Assembly (NCBI GenBank): GCA_963921275.4
Contig: OZ001293.3
Span: 6,464,001-6,528,000 of the forward strand
Source of the DNA: an uncultured Hormoscilla sp.
GTDB taxonomy: Bacteria > Cyanobacteriota > Cyanobacteriia > Cyanobacteriales > Desertifilaceae
Direction of reading: 5' to 3'
Length of the DNA: 64,000 bases
Positions 45,476-57,384 of this stretch are shown piece by piece. Below the pieces are notes generated by a model, which was not told the DNA's origin, did no database searches, and saw nothing but the letters and a program-made list of their open reading frames with translations. The translations under genes and the position numbers were made by a program. The stretch's first letter is position 1. Every line of letters starts with the position of its first letter.

Positions 45476-48400
45476 ATGACCAATCAGCAGGAACTTATAT
45501 CGCTTTTTGAATCTCTTATTCAGCGTAATGAGAGTGAGACTATTGACTTTAAAGTTGAGGCTTACAATCTCTCTATCAAAGAAAAACAAGTAGACTTAGT
45601 GAAAGATATAATCTGCATGTACAATACTCCTCGTAAAGAAGATGCACATATTATTCTTGGAGTAAAGGAATATACAGATCGCCCAAAAGATATTCGCGGG
45701 ATAGATTTAAGCACTACTAATCGCAAGGACTTAGATCAATCGTCAATGCAAAGTGCATTTCAAAGGGAAGATTTAGAAATTGAACCTTTTCTAAGATTCA
45801 GAGTCTCGACTCTCCAGTATAAAAGCAAAACCTTTGCAATTATAACAATCCCTGTAAATAGAAAAGTTGGTCCTTGTAAAGTTCTGAAGAGTAATTATCC
45901 TAAGCTAAAAACATATCGGGATAAATTATATTTTCGTCGAGTGACTGATAATGATTTAACAAGAAGTGTAGAGGAAGTTTGTGATATTATGTACTGGTTT
46001 CAAGATGGGTCCACTCAACCACCAGTCTCTTTACAAGAGGAATCACAATGGGATAGTTTTTTGGAAGCATCGTTTATCAGCGATGTGTCAGGTTTTGAAT
46101 TGTCTAGGAAGTACATCTTAGTAACAAGTCCATTGAGGAATGACAACATTAAAAATTTATCTGTTTTGGGCGAAATACCTGCGATATTAGTATTAGATTT
46201 TGACCCTGAAAGTGATGTAAGTGGTTTACTTTATGAAGTCAAAGGAAGGCTCAAAAGAAGTCTACATATCGTAGCTAAAAAAGATCGTCCAACTATTAAT
46301 CCAGAAAACGCAACTTATTGGTTCTTCGTGCGTGGTTTAGAGGGGAGAAAAGGAACTGTAGAGATTGGGAATTATAAAAAATGGAAGAAAAGCTATGGGG
46401 GAGAAATAAGCGAACAATTGAGAAATTTTGCAGAGGCAATAAGTCCTACGCCTATTACTTGTATTGTTCTTTGGTATCATGATGATTCACAACTAAATTT
46501 CCATTTAAAGCAAGTACTTAATTCAATTGAACAAGCCTTTGAAGATGCTGTTAACTTTGTTATAGCTACTAAGTATCCTGGAGAAATTCAGGAAATCAAG
46601 AACGAAGTTGATGTAGAGATAATAAATATTGCTATTCATCAATTATGTTCAGGGCTAGATGTCATAAGTTCCAGCAAAAGGATCGTAGAATCTAATGAGT
46701 ATTTTCTACCTTCAAGTTCTCATGCCCCCATTAGAATAACTTCTGAAGACAGAAAATGGTTGGAAGAAGAACTTGAAATTGTTCATCTTAACGTAGGTAC
46801 AACAGCTCCAGATTTGAACGAGGATCCAGATTTGAACGAGAGAATTGGTCGTCGTTTCTTGCGTGGAGCGGAAATAACCTGGCATGAATTGAGCTTGCAC
46901 GTTGATGTTAATCGAGAAAAGACAGACAAAATTAAACGTCAAGTAGAAACTGAATTAACACGCCGACGTGCATAGAGAATAAATCTTTACCATGAAGCAG
47001 GAGCAGGTGGAACTACTGTAGGTAGACGTATTCTTTGGGAGCTTCATGAAAGATTTCCGTGTGCCATTCTTAAACGAAGTAAACCCCTTGAAACTCTGAA
47101 CGGCTTTCTAGGTTGGCATCCTTAACTGGACAGCCAATACTGCTTTTGATAGATAGTTCCCAAATTCCTGAGAGACAAGTAGATGAACTCTATAATTACG
47201 TTCGTAGTAACCAGCTGTCAGTAGTTTTTCTGCATGTTCAACGTCGTTCAGCTCTAAGAATCAAGAAAGATAGAACTGGTTTAGAGGCGACACTATCCAA
47301 TAAGGAATATTGGCAGTTTGTGGAAAAGTTTTCGCAATTTAAACCTGAAAAGAGGCCGAAGTTAGAGAAGTTAGAGGTCAAAACTGCGTTCTATTTTGGA
47401 TTGCAAACTTTTGAACGTGAATTCCTTGGCTTAGAAAGATATGTAGGTAGTAGGCTTGAAAAATTGAATTCAGATCAAAAACGGATCTTACTTTTTCTGG
47501 CTATCTCTCATCACTATGCCCAACAGTCGATAAAAGCTCAAGCGTTTGCAGAGTTTCTAGGTATTCCGAAAAACAGAATTGTAAATCTTAAAGAAGCTTT
47601 TTATTCATGCGAGGACGTGCTCGATATTTTGATTGAAGAGAAGGGAAAGTATTGGCGAACAACCCACGATCTAGTAGCTCAAGAAGTATTAACGCAGGGA
47701 TTAATAACTCCCGGAGCGGATCGGCGTACATGGAAGCAAAATTTGTCACTTCTTGCAAAAAGTTTTGCAGAATTATGTCGTGGCAATAGTTTGAACCCCA
47801 GCGAGGAAATGCTGGAGTTAGTGAGGCGCACATTTATTTACCGCGATAATAGCGATGTGCTTGGCACTGAAAAAGTCGCAACAAATCAGAGCTTCTCGCT
47901 GTTGTTACAAGATATACCTTCACTAGAGGGGAGACTTGAGCTTTTAAGGAAATTGACAGAGCTATATCCAGAAGAAGCTCATTTCTGGGCACATTTGGGT
48001 CGTTTCCATGCCTCTAAGTTGAAAAACTATATCAAAGCTTATGAATACATCGATCGAGCTATATTATTAAATAGAAAAGACCACGTTCTTTATCATATGA
48101 AAGGCATGGCAATACGTTATGAAATCGACAACCTAATTGCAGAGAAAAATGAGGTACAAGCTATCGTAGATCGTGCCAAAGTTGCGAGTAATGCATTTGA
48201 AGAGGCAAGGGAGCAAAGTCCAGACAATGAACACGGTTACATCAGCGAGGTGCAGTTACTCGCACGGATATTAGATTACGCGGGTAGACAACACCAGAAT
48301 AGAGTTCTTGGTTACCTTTCAACTCCTGGGATAGATCCTTTCCTACTAAATAGTCTTGAACGTGCTGAAGATCTTTTGGAACAGGTCAGGCGTAATCGCG

Positions 48401-49215
48401 AAGGGCAAGGTGAACCAAGTGCGCTAGAAGTAGATTGTCAAGCTAGACTTGACGCTTTGTACGGAAGACATGACCGAGCTTTACAAATTTGGGATAGTTT
48501 GCTGAATCGAAGGAATAGCTATCACCCTCCACTCCGTCGTCAAATTGTCTGGACTTATCTGGCACGATACGAACGTTCTTGGAATGATATACCTAAAAAT
48601 AATTTACGACGAATTCAATCTCTTCTTGAAGAAAATATTGACGAAGAACCCAGCAATGATAAAGATCTTCGTTTATGGATACAAGCGGTGCGTTGGTCAC
48701 AATATCCACCAAGTCTTGAATCTGTCATTGAACGGGTGAGCTATTGGAAAGCTAACTCGGGAACGCTTGATTCAGTTTATTATCTATATTTACTTTACGT
48801 ACTTTCAGCACTGGAAGGCTCAGCACAAACTAAAGATAATGCAGAACGCTATATGGAAGAGTGTCGTCAAATGGCGCGATATCGCAAAAATCGCACTAAT
48901 AGCTTCGAGTGGCTTGGGTCGGGATCTGGAATAAACAGTCTTATTCACCATTCGGAATTAGGTCAATGGAAGACAGATATTGAGTTTTGGGAAAGAACCG
49001 ATCAATTAGTACGAGTTCAAGGTCGTGTTAATAGAGTTGGCGCACCACAGAAAGGTTACATTAAGATTAAAGGCGGTTTGTTAGCTTTCTATGTTCCGGC
49101 ACGTAGTAATCACAGTCGAGGTCGTTCAGAAAATCAACCTGTTGATTTCTACTTGGGGTTTAGTTATGACGGTTTGAGGGCATGGAAAGTGAAAGATATT
49201 GGGAAAGATAGATAA
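45476..49215 (+). pseudogene. SAMD9-like STAND NTPase (AlbA_2-SIR2-like-NTPase-TPR-OB; Avs9-type), interrupted by TAG at 46973 and a -1 frameshift near 47095
   Basis: ESETIDFK..KDIICMYNT..IILGV (AlbA_2); VLDFDPES; FLRGAEITW; NLYHEAGAGGTTVGRRILWEL..RFPCAIL; TPRs; VDFYLGFSYDGLRAW. Confidence 0.85.
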
Positions 49216-49503
49216 ATTAATTACTGCCGGAGGTATAACAATTGCGTTACAGCGGAAGGTCTAATCTTCATCAAGTAGTTCTCTCATCTTAGGCCCGATC
49301 GCTCCTGCTGACACTTGACAAATTAACAATTATTAGCATCGACTATAATCGATCTGAGATACTCTGGCCTATCTCTAGGCGCTTTCGCGCCTGGGAAGCA
49401 CGCTCTTCGTGCTTACTACGAACGACCGGAAGCACGAAGCGTGCTTGCCACGAAGGGCGTGAGGTCATCAGCGACCTGACTAATGACCAATAAGGACAAG
49501 ACC

Positions 49504-49899
49504 CTACTCTCCAAAAATCTTCTGACGATAGTCAGCTACGGCCATGAGGTCGTCATCTTCCAATTCATCGGGGTTTTTAAGCCGCACCTTCATCAACCAG
49601 CCTTCGCCGTAGGGGTCTTCGTTCAGTTTTTCTGGAGCCTCTTCAATCTCTGTATTGCATTCTATAACTGTACCAGTAACTGGCGAGTAGAGGTCTTCTG
49701 CTGCCTTCACTGATTCCACATTTCCGAAGGTTTCGCCTTTCTCTACGGCATCCCCTACTTCTGGTAACTCCACAAATACAATCTCGCCTAGCTGGTCAAC
49801 GGCAAAAGCGCTGATGCCGATCGTCGCTGTATCGCCTTCGAGTCGGACATACTCGTGGCTTTCCAGGTATTTCAGGTCATCGGGATATTCTAAGTCCAT
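49504..49899 (-). CDS. gcvH: glycine cleavage system H protein
   Basis: SHEY..GIS.FA..QLG, VESVKAA lipoyl site, NEDPYGEGW. Confidence 0.98.
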   Translation of the reverse strand: MDLEYPDDLKYLESHEYVRLEGDTATIGISAFAVDQLGEIVFVELPEVGDAVEKGETFGNVESVKAAEDLYSPVTGTVIECNTEIEEAPEKLNEDPYGEGWLMKVRLKNPDELEDDDLMAVADYRQKIFGE

Positions 49900-50060
49900 T
49901 TCCAGTTCTCCAATTTGCAGCAAAACTTATAGACAGCCATTAAGTTTACAACTTACCGGGTGCTGCGTTGCTATTTTTAGACTCTCGTTGGCAAGTTATA
50001 CCTACCAACGAGAGAAGACCCAGTGTCCCATGAGAGTTGACGTTAGTACTGCTGATAAGC

Positions 50061-51182
50061 TCAACGGCTTTTTGCCTTGTAAAAAGGTTTTTTGACCACT
50101 ATAGCTGGATATGCTTTGCCGCGAATTTCTATGAACAGTTCCCGACCGACCTTTGCTAGCTGGCTGGGAACGTATGCTAAGGCGATCGGATGACCCAAGG
50201 TAGGCGAGAGGGTGCCGCTAGTAACTTCTCCTACTGGTTGACTGGCAGATAGCACCGGGTAGCCATGACGGGCAATGTGACGCCCTTGCATTTGCAGTCC
50301 TACTAGGCGTCGGGGCGTGCCGTTTGCCTTTTGTTGCTCTAAGACCTGACGTCCGATAAAGTCACCCTTGGTATCTAGGTGGACTAACCAGCTTAAACCA
50401 GCTTCCAGGGGGGTGGTAGTCTCGTCAATATCTTGACCGTAGAGGGCCATCGCTGCTTCTAGGCGCAGGGTATCTCTGGCCCCCAGACCGCAAGGAGTGA
50501 CGCCAGCATCTAAAAGAGCACGCCACAGTTGCTCCCCAACAGCTGGATCTACCATTACCTCAAAGCCATCTTCCCCAGTGTATCCGGTACGAGCCAGGAA
50601 AGCTGGTTGGCCCAAGACTAATGCTTCTAGATGGCCGAAACGCCCCACTTTCGATAGTTCAGCTTCTACCAATGGCTGTAGATAGTCTACTGCTGCTGGA
50701 CCTTGCACTGCGATCAGGGCTTTGAGTGCCGAGAGGTTTTGTAATTCTACCCGATCGCAGTCAAGATGTGCTTGCAACCAGTCAAAATCCTTGACTTTGG
50801 TAGCAGCATTGACAATTATCATGGCCCGTTGCTCGTCCGTAGCCTCCCGATCTTGATAATAAAAAATGATGTCGTCCAAAATACCTGCTTCGGGCTTGAG
50901 CAGTACCGTATACTGAGCTTCACCTGGTTGCAGTCGTCCCAAGTCAGAAGGTACCAGCGCTTGCAGTTGCTCAACCGCCTGTTTACCTAGCAGGGCAAAT
51001 TTGCCCATGTGGGAGATATCAAACATGCCGCAGTTGCTGCGCACTGCTTCGTGTTCCGCACGAATGCCTGTAAACTGCACTGGCATTTCCCAGCCTGCAA
51101 ATTCTGTCATCCGGGCTTTGAGTTCTTGACAAACTGCATATAGGGGCGATCGGGCTAGTTCTGTTTGGGACTGATGAGCCAT
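50061..51182 (-). CDS. gcvT: glycine cleavage system aminomethyltransferase
   Basis: FAGWEMPVQF, FDISHMG, RTGYTGEDGFE, GLGARDTLRLEA. Confidence 0.98.
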   Translation of the reverse strand: MAHQSQTELARSPLYAVCQELKARMTEFAGWEMPVQFTGIRAEHEAVRSNCGMFDISHMGKFALLGKQAVEQLQALVPSDLGRLQPGEAQYTVLLKPEAGILDDIIFYYQDREATDEQRAMIIVNAATKVKDFDWLQAHLDCDRVELQNLSALKALIAVQGPAAVDYLQPLVEAELSKVGRFGHLEALVLGQPAFLARTGYTGEDGFEVMVDPAVGEQLWRALLDAGVTPCGLGARDTLRLEAAMALYGQDIDETTTPLEAGLSWLVHLDTKGDFIGRQVLEQQKANGTPRRLVGLQMQGRHIARHGYPVLSASQPVGEVTSGTLSPTLGHPIALAYVPSQLAKVGRELFIEIRGKAYPAIVVKKPFYKAKSR

Positions 51183-51399
51183 ATTTCTTTTCAATGTCTA
51201 ATCTATATTATCTTATACCATTGTCAAACTTTTTGCTACACTTCTTATCCTGTAATTCCCTCTCTTCGCTGTCAGCCCGCCTTCGGTGTATCGTGGGTTC
51301 AAACCCTAAGGTTTTTAGCTCAAGTCGGTTTTAAACCGACTAATATCATTTTCACAAATATAATTTACCGTAGCTATTTTTTATAGTATGAGCTGTTGT

Positions 51400-52426
51400 G
51401 GATTAGTTTGGGCTAACTCGTTTTTCCTCTCCTCAACTATTCTCTTACTCCAATTCACGTAAAATACGAACAGGAGAAGTAAGATACTTAATCAAGTCAT
51501 CCCCACCAGTTGCAGGTAAAACTCCCGGCGATAATTTGCGATCGTCGCATCTTGCTCGTGGGAGATGATATAGGCGACCAAATCTCCTTCCACATTGTCT
51601 ACGGAAACCGCGAATGCTTTCCCCTGATTTAACCGGTCAGTAATTTGGGGTTGCAGTTGCTGATTTATTTGCCCAGTATCTCGGGGGCGATGGTTTGTTT
51701 TTTCGACTCTAAACTGCTTTTTTCATAGAGATAATCGTCGCTAATATCGCTTTGGACGTAATTGCTTTGCTCGTCAGCAAATACTTTCGCCGAGACTACT
51801 TCCTTTTTGAGCATAAAGGTATGTACTCCGGAAAACAAGTTATCCATTGCCTGGCGAATGGCCTGAAAGGATACGCTGGTTTCCACGCTGCCTATGTGGC
51901 TTTTATTCCGAGCAAACAGGGTAAATACATATCTAAACCCGTTGTATATTCTCCCTTCCTCGAAGCCTTTGACAAAGATTTTTTCCTGATTAGTTAAATT
52001 CACGGAATATCTGACCTTCGATAGGTTGTCCCCAAATTTTTGCGGGCGATGAAACCGTAAAAAACTGGTGCTATCGGGCAGGTGAAAGTGCAGTTACTTG
52101 AGATTTTTCTTCCTCAGATTTTGATAGGTGGGGGTCGCAAACAGGCGATCGCGCTTCTGCTTTTGTGCTGCTGCATCTGCTTGATATGCCCCCGTAAATA
52201 TATCGATAATTTCTGGTTGATTCACCACCTCGTCGTAGATGGTTTGGGAGACCAATTGGTAGGTATCGACGGTGACGCGATAAGCGGTTTGCAGTTCGGC
52301 AACATGCTTGGATAATAATATCTCTTCTTTTGCCGCTTGGTTCTTGGACAAACCCAGTACCGTTACGGTCTCTAGCACGATAAAGGCCAGCAGGTAATAT
52401 TTGATTTTACTTAACAGTTGTTTCAT
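51400..52426 (-). pseudogene. membrane sensor with Cache-like periplasmic domain, fragmented
   Basis: transmembrane segment plus FLRFHRPQKFGDNL and GFEEGRIYNGFRYVF pieces in different frames. Confidence 0.7.
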
Positions 52427-53040
52427 TTATCTTGTCCGTAGCGTAGCTTGTAGGACAGGCGTCCCGCCTGTCCGGAGGTTGTCAGGATCGTCCCCGTGAG
52501 AGGTAATTTTGTCAACCCCTAATATTAATTTTGTCGATTTGCTCCCGTTTTGTCATCTCTCTCGGGTTTACCGGCGATCGCCATTCAAATCATCTTCTTT
52601 TTGACAGTAGCAAAACTTTAGGCTTGTGGCTAGGCGATTTCTGAGATAATGTCAAGGTTGGGGACATGAAAAATAAAGAAGTCGGGGATTCATTTCAGGC
52701 TATTTGCTTGACGTCAGTTGCTAACAGATATTACAATGAACTTAAATATTATTGAGCAGCAGAAGAACATGCTAGAGAAGCGAGTTAATGCTAGTATCGA
52801 AAAATCGGCACGATTCGAGATAATTTAGTTTTGGCTGGACTTGACAGGAAGGGCAAACGATGCTGAAGTTGGGCGATCGCAGCATTGTCTTGATGCTTGG
52901 CACTGGATGGCAACATCAGGATTTTTGGCAGCAGTCACTATCTTTAATAAAAGTTGTAATAAGGGGATTAATTTTTCGTTATTTAACTATCAACCCAAAA
53001 ATGAGTTATAATAATAGAAATCTGGTTCAATATCTTAAAC

Positions 53041-54850
53041 ATGACAGAGTTTCCAGCAGAATATGATAGTCCTTGGAAGGCGGGACTAGAACAATATTTC
53101 CCGCAGTTTGTCGAATATTGCTTTCCAGAAATCTACGCAGATATAGATTGGAGTCGCGGTTACGAGTCCATGGACAAAGAGTTTGAAGAAGTGGTGCGAG
53201 ACGCGGAATTGGGCAAACGGCTGGCTGATGGATGGGGTCGAGCCGGGAATCGCTTCCCGACCCTCCCTTTCGGAACCGGACTTGCGATTTTCACCGCATC
53301 CGGCTACTGGGTACTAGGCCCTTTTCATAGGTAGACTTAATAGGAATTACTTCCGTTAGCCCTTGCCGCCTGTCTTTTCTTCCCTTTCCTGGTTTAGCGA
53401 GTGGTTGTTCTGATAACCGTTAGTATCACCATTTTCAAGTCAGTTTTACCAGTTATCCATACCTTATCCTCCACTTGCGTTTCGGATTAGTTCCGTGGCT
53501 TTTTAGGATTACTCATTCCAGCAGCTTCCTAGTATCACCGACCCACGTCAGCGCTGGCTACCCAGCATCATCTACATTACTGTAGATGTTATCCCAGGAA
53601 TTACCCCGGGCATTCGCTTCTTGGGCCATCCCTCCCCCCGTGGCTTGCGCTTAACATCTAACTTGTCCTGATGGACAGCACACGAGAGGTTACTTCGTTC
53701 CCTAACAACATTTCGCGATACCTTTAGGTCCACACTATACCCCGAGAGCTATTTGAGTACTATATTAGCCAGAGTCTAAAACTAATACTAGCTACCATTT
53801 CCTTTTTAGGCCAGCGCATATAGCCTTATTTCGCTGGTTCCTTATAACGAGGCTTGCACATGTTTGCCTGCTCTAACCTTGGATATCTTTCCTAGCGGCG
53901 TCACCGGCTTAGGCTGCCAGTTATCCTACATTTGAGTCCTCGCTTAGCACCACGATGATGTCGCTTCGTAGCACCGAGGACCGGTGTCACCCCCGTACCT
54001 GGGAGGAGGGGAATTTAACCCCCATGCGGTCAGAGTTCCCGGCTAATGAAACCGGGCTAGCGTTCCGTGTTTGACCACGTTAGGCTAGAACGAATCGCAC
54101 AAAATCTTTAAAGTTTGGCTGCTGGATGGAACCGAGACTTGGATCCTCATCCACGTTGAAGTTCAGAGCCAGTATGAGTCAAATTTTGAAAGGCGGATAT
54201 ACGTTTATAACTATCGGTCTTTCGATCGCTTCCGCAAACCGGTGATTAGTTTGGTAGTATTGGCAGATGAGCGGCAAAATTGGCGACCATCATCTTACGG
54301 ATACAAATTTGACGGTTTTCGACTCCATTTAAGATTTCCGATCGTCAAGCTGTTGGACTACGAGCGGAATTGGGAGGCTTTAGAGCAAAGTCAAAGTGAA
54401 AATCCCTTCGCCGTAATGATCATGGCCCATCTCAAAACCAAAGCTACCAAAGACGATATGGAACAGCGGCGGCAGTGGAAATGGACTCTCGTTCGCGGAC
54501 TGTACTCCCGAGGCTATAATAGGAATGACATCTTGGAGCTTTTCCGGTTAATCGATTGGATGATGACTCTACCAGAAGAGTTGCAAACTGCCTTTGAACA
54601 ACAAGTCGAACGTTATCAGGAGGAGAACAAAATGCCTTTACTGAGTCAGATTGAAACACGGGCCATGCGAAGAGGAACGGAACTGGGGATCCAACAGGGG
54701 GTCCAACAGGGGGTATTACGGAGTGGCCGCAAATCAGTGCTGCGGGTCTTGGAAGTGCGGTTCCAGGAAGTGCCAGAGGCGATCGCAGATACTATTAATA
54801 GCATTGGCGACGTGGACTTTTTGGATCGGCTTCACATTCAAGCTGTTGTG
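53041..54850 (+). pseudogene. Rpn/DUF4351-like PD-(D/E)XK protein interrupted by an antisense group II intron
   Basis: YDSPWK..ELGKRLAD | KIFKVW..ILIHVEVQSQ reads in frame after removing 53230-54100; 3' end lost at a junction with the convergent gene. Confidence 0.9.
53230..54100 (-). mobile_element. ORF-less group II intron (871 nt)
   Basis: 5' GTGCG; DV AGCCGGATGCGGTGAAAATCGCAAGTCCGGTTC; DVI with bulged A; boundaries fixed by the host reading frame. Confidence 0.93.
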
Positions 54851-55302
54851 ATTGTCACCGTCGCCTGTGACTAACTGGTAGGTAAAGGTATCGGAAGAGT
54901 CAGGATCGATAGTTGAGAAAGTCCCTACGACTGCATTATCAGGGGAATTTTCATCAATGCTACTGCTGCTGAGTTCTAGATCGGTAGGAGGGGAGTTCTT
55001 TATAACAATATCAAAGGTATCTGTCACTTCAGATTTCGCTCTGTCGATGGCGGTTACCGTCACGGTAAAGGTGTCTGCGGTAGTAGGGATACCGCTGATA
55101 ACTCCCTGAGAGTTGATCGTTACGCCCCCTGGTAAACCGGTAGCTGTGTAATTGTCGATGTTGTTATTGATGTCACCGAAATTTGCGCTAATGTCTATGT
55201 CGAGGTTATTACCTAGCAAGAGTTGGACGTCGGGAATCTCGGTTAAAACATAAGGGGGGTTTTCCAATTGCTTCTCAGCCCTCAAATCTAGAACCTCTTC
55301 GG

Positions 55303-55757
55303 GGATGGTGCCAGTCAGGAGGTTGTTGTTCAGGTAGAGATCTACCAAATTGGAAAGATTCCCTAACTCCGTCGGGATGCTGCCAGTCAGTTGGTTGTCG
55401 TCCAGCCTGAGATCTACCAAATTGGAAAGATTCCCTAACTCCGTCGGGATGCTGCCAGTCAGTTGGTTGTCGTCCAGCCAGAGATATACCAAATTGGAAA
55501 GATTCCCTAACTCCATCGGGATGCTGCCAGTCAGTTGGTTGTCGTCCAGCCTGAGATCCTCCAAATTGGAAAGATTCCCTAACTCCGTCGGGATGCTGCC
55601 AGTCAGTTGGTTGGAGTTCAGCCAGAGATCCTCCAAATTGGAAAGATTCCCTAACTCCGTCGGGATGCTGCCAGTCAGTTGGTTGTCGTCCAGCCTGAGA
55701 TCCTCCAAATTGGAAAGATTCCCTAACTCCGTCGGAATGCTGCCAGTCAGTTGGTTA
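55303..55757 (-). repeat. LRR block 2, 72-bp tandem units
   Basis: about six near-identical units. Confidence 0.95.
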
Positions 55758-57384
55758 CCGAACAGGTCTTCACTGTCCAGCATAACGCCCGACATGATGT
55801 CCGCTGGAGTGGAGCCTCCCCTATTATCAGCGGCGGTATTGCCCGAGAAGGTTACATCTGTGAGGGTCACGGTCGGCAGGCTGCTGGGCATGCCCTGGTT
55901 GTTCCCGTTGATATTGTCAGTAATGTGCAGGGCGAAAATGGCGCCCCCTAGACCTTGGCCGGGGTTCGCGATAACGCCACCGTCGCCACCTTGAGCGTTA
56001 TTGCTGTTAAAGCTGCTGTCCGAAACTCTGAGATCGCCCGAGCGGATGAATATGGCTCCGCCCATGCCCGCGCCGCCGCCGAAGCCGCCTCGGCCGCCGA
56101 CGATGTTGCCGTTGCTGCCGCCGCCGCCGCCGAAGCCGCCGCCGCCGCCGTTGCCGCCGCCGCCGCCGTTGCCGCCGCCGCCGCCGAAGCCGCCGTCGCC
56201 GCCCGTGCCGATGAAGCGGCCGCCGCCGCCGAAACCGCCGTCGCCGCCCGTGCCGATGAAGCGGCCGCTGCCGCCGTCGCCGCCGAAACCGCCGTCGCCG
56301 CCGACGCCGCCGTTGTCCACGCTGCCGGGGTTGCCGTGAGCACGAGGCCGAGGAGTAAAATTAGCATTACCACCCGTATTATTATTAACGTCGGCATTGC
56401 CATCAACGGCGCTATTTTCCTAGAAAGTGCTATCGGTCACCGTGACGGTCCCGTCATGGATAAACAGGGCACCGCTTATGCCTGCTGCCCCGCCGGCGCC
56501 ATTGCCTCCCTGGGCCCGGCCGTTCATAAAGGTCAGCTCGTTGAAATTGACTGTACCGTCTAAGACAAAGAACAGCCGGAATTGGTTGTCGCCATTAATG
56601 GTGTTGTCGTTCCCATTTATGGTAAGCTCTACGTCTTCGTCAATAAGGGGTAGCAACGAGGTCAGGGTAATATCTGTCCTGATGTTAATAATATCTGCCT
56701 CACCGTTATTACTGGAACTGGTAATGGCATTGAATAGTTCTACTGGTGTGCTAACATTAAATTCGGTAGGAGACTCGTTGACATTGTTGACATTAATAGT
56801 AAAAGCCTCCGAGTAACTGTTTCCGGTCGAGTCAGTAGTCTGGACGCGAATGCTGTAACTCGGTTTTGTCTCAAAGTTCGGAGAACTATTAATTCGCAGT
56901 AAGTTCCATTCTATGGTGAAGGCGGCGTTATCATCGACACCAGCGCCGGAGACTAACCGGTAGGTAAAGGTATCTCCAATGTCAGGATCGGTAGTTGAGA
57001 AAGTCCCTATGACTGCATTATCAGGGGAATTTTTATCAATGCTACTGCTGCTGAGTTCTAGATCGGTAGGAGGGGAGTTCTTTATAACAATATCAAAGGT
57101 ATCTGTCACTTCAGATTTCGCTCTGTCGATGGCGGTTACCGTCACGGTAAAGGTGTCTGCGGTAGTAGGGATACCGCTGATAACTCCCTGAGAGTTGATG
57201 GTTACGCCCCCTGGTAAACCGGTAGCTGTGTAATTGTCGATGTTGTTATTGATGTCACCGAAATTTGCGCTAATGTCTATGTCGAGGTTATTACCTAGCA
57301 AGAGTTGGACGTCGGGAATCTCGGTTAAAACATAAGGGGGATTTTCCAATTGCTTCTCAACCCTCAAATCTAGAACCTCTTGGG

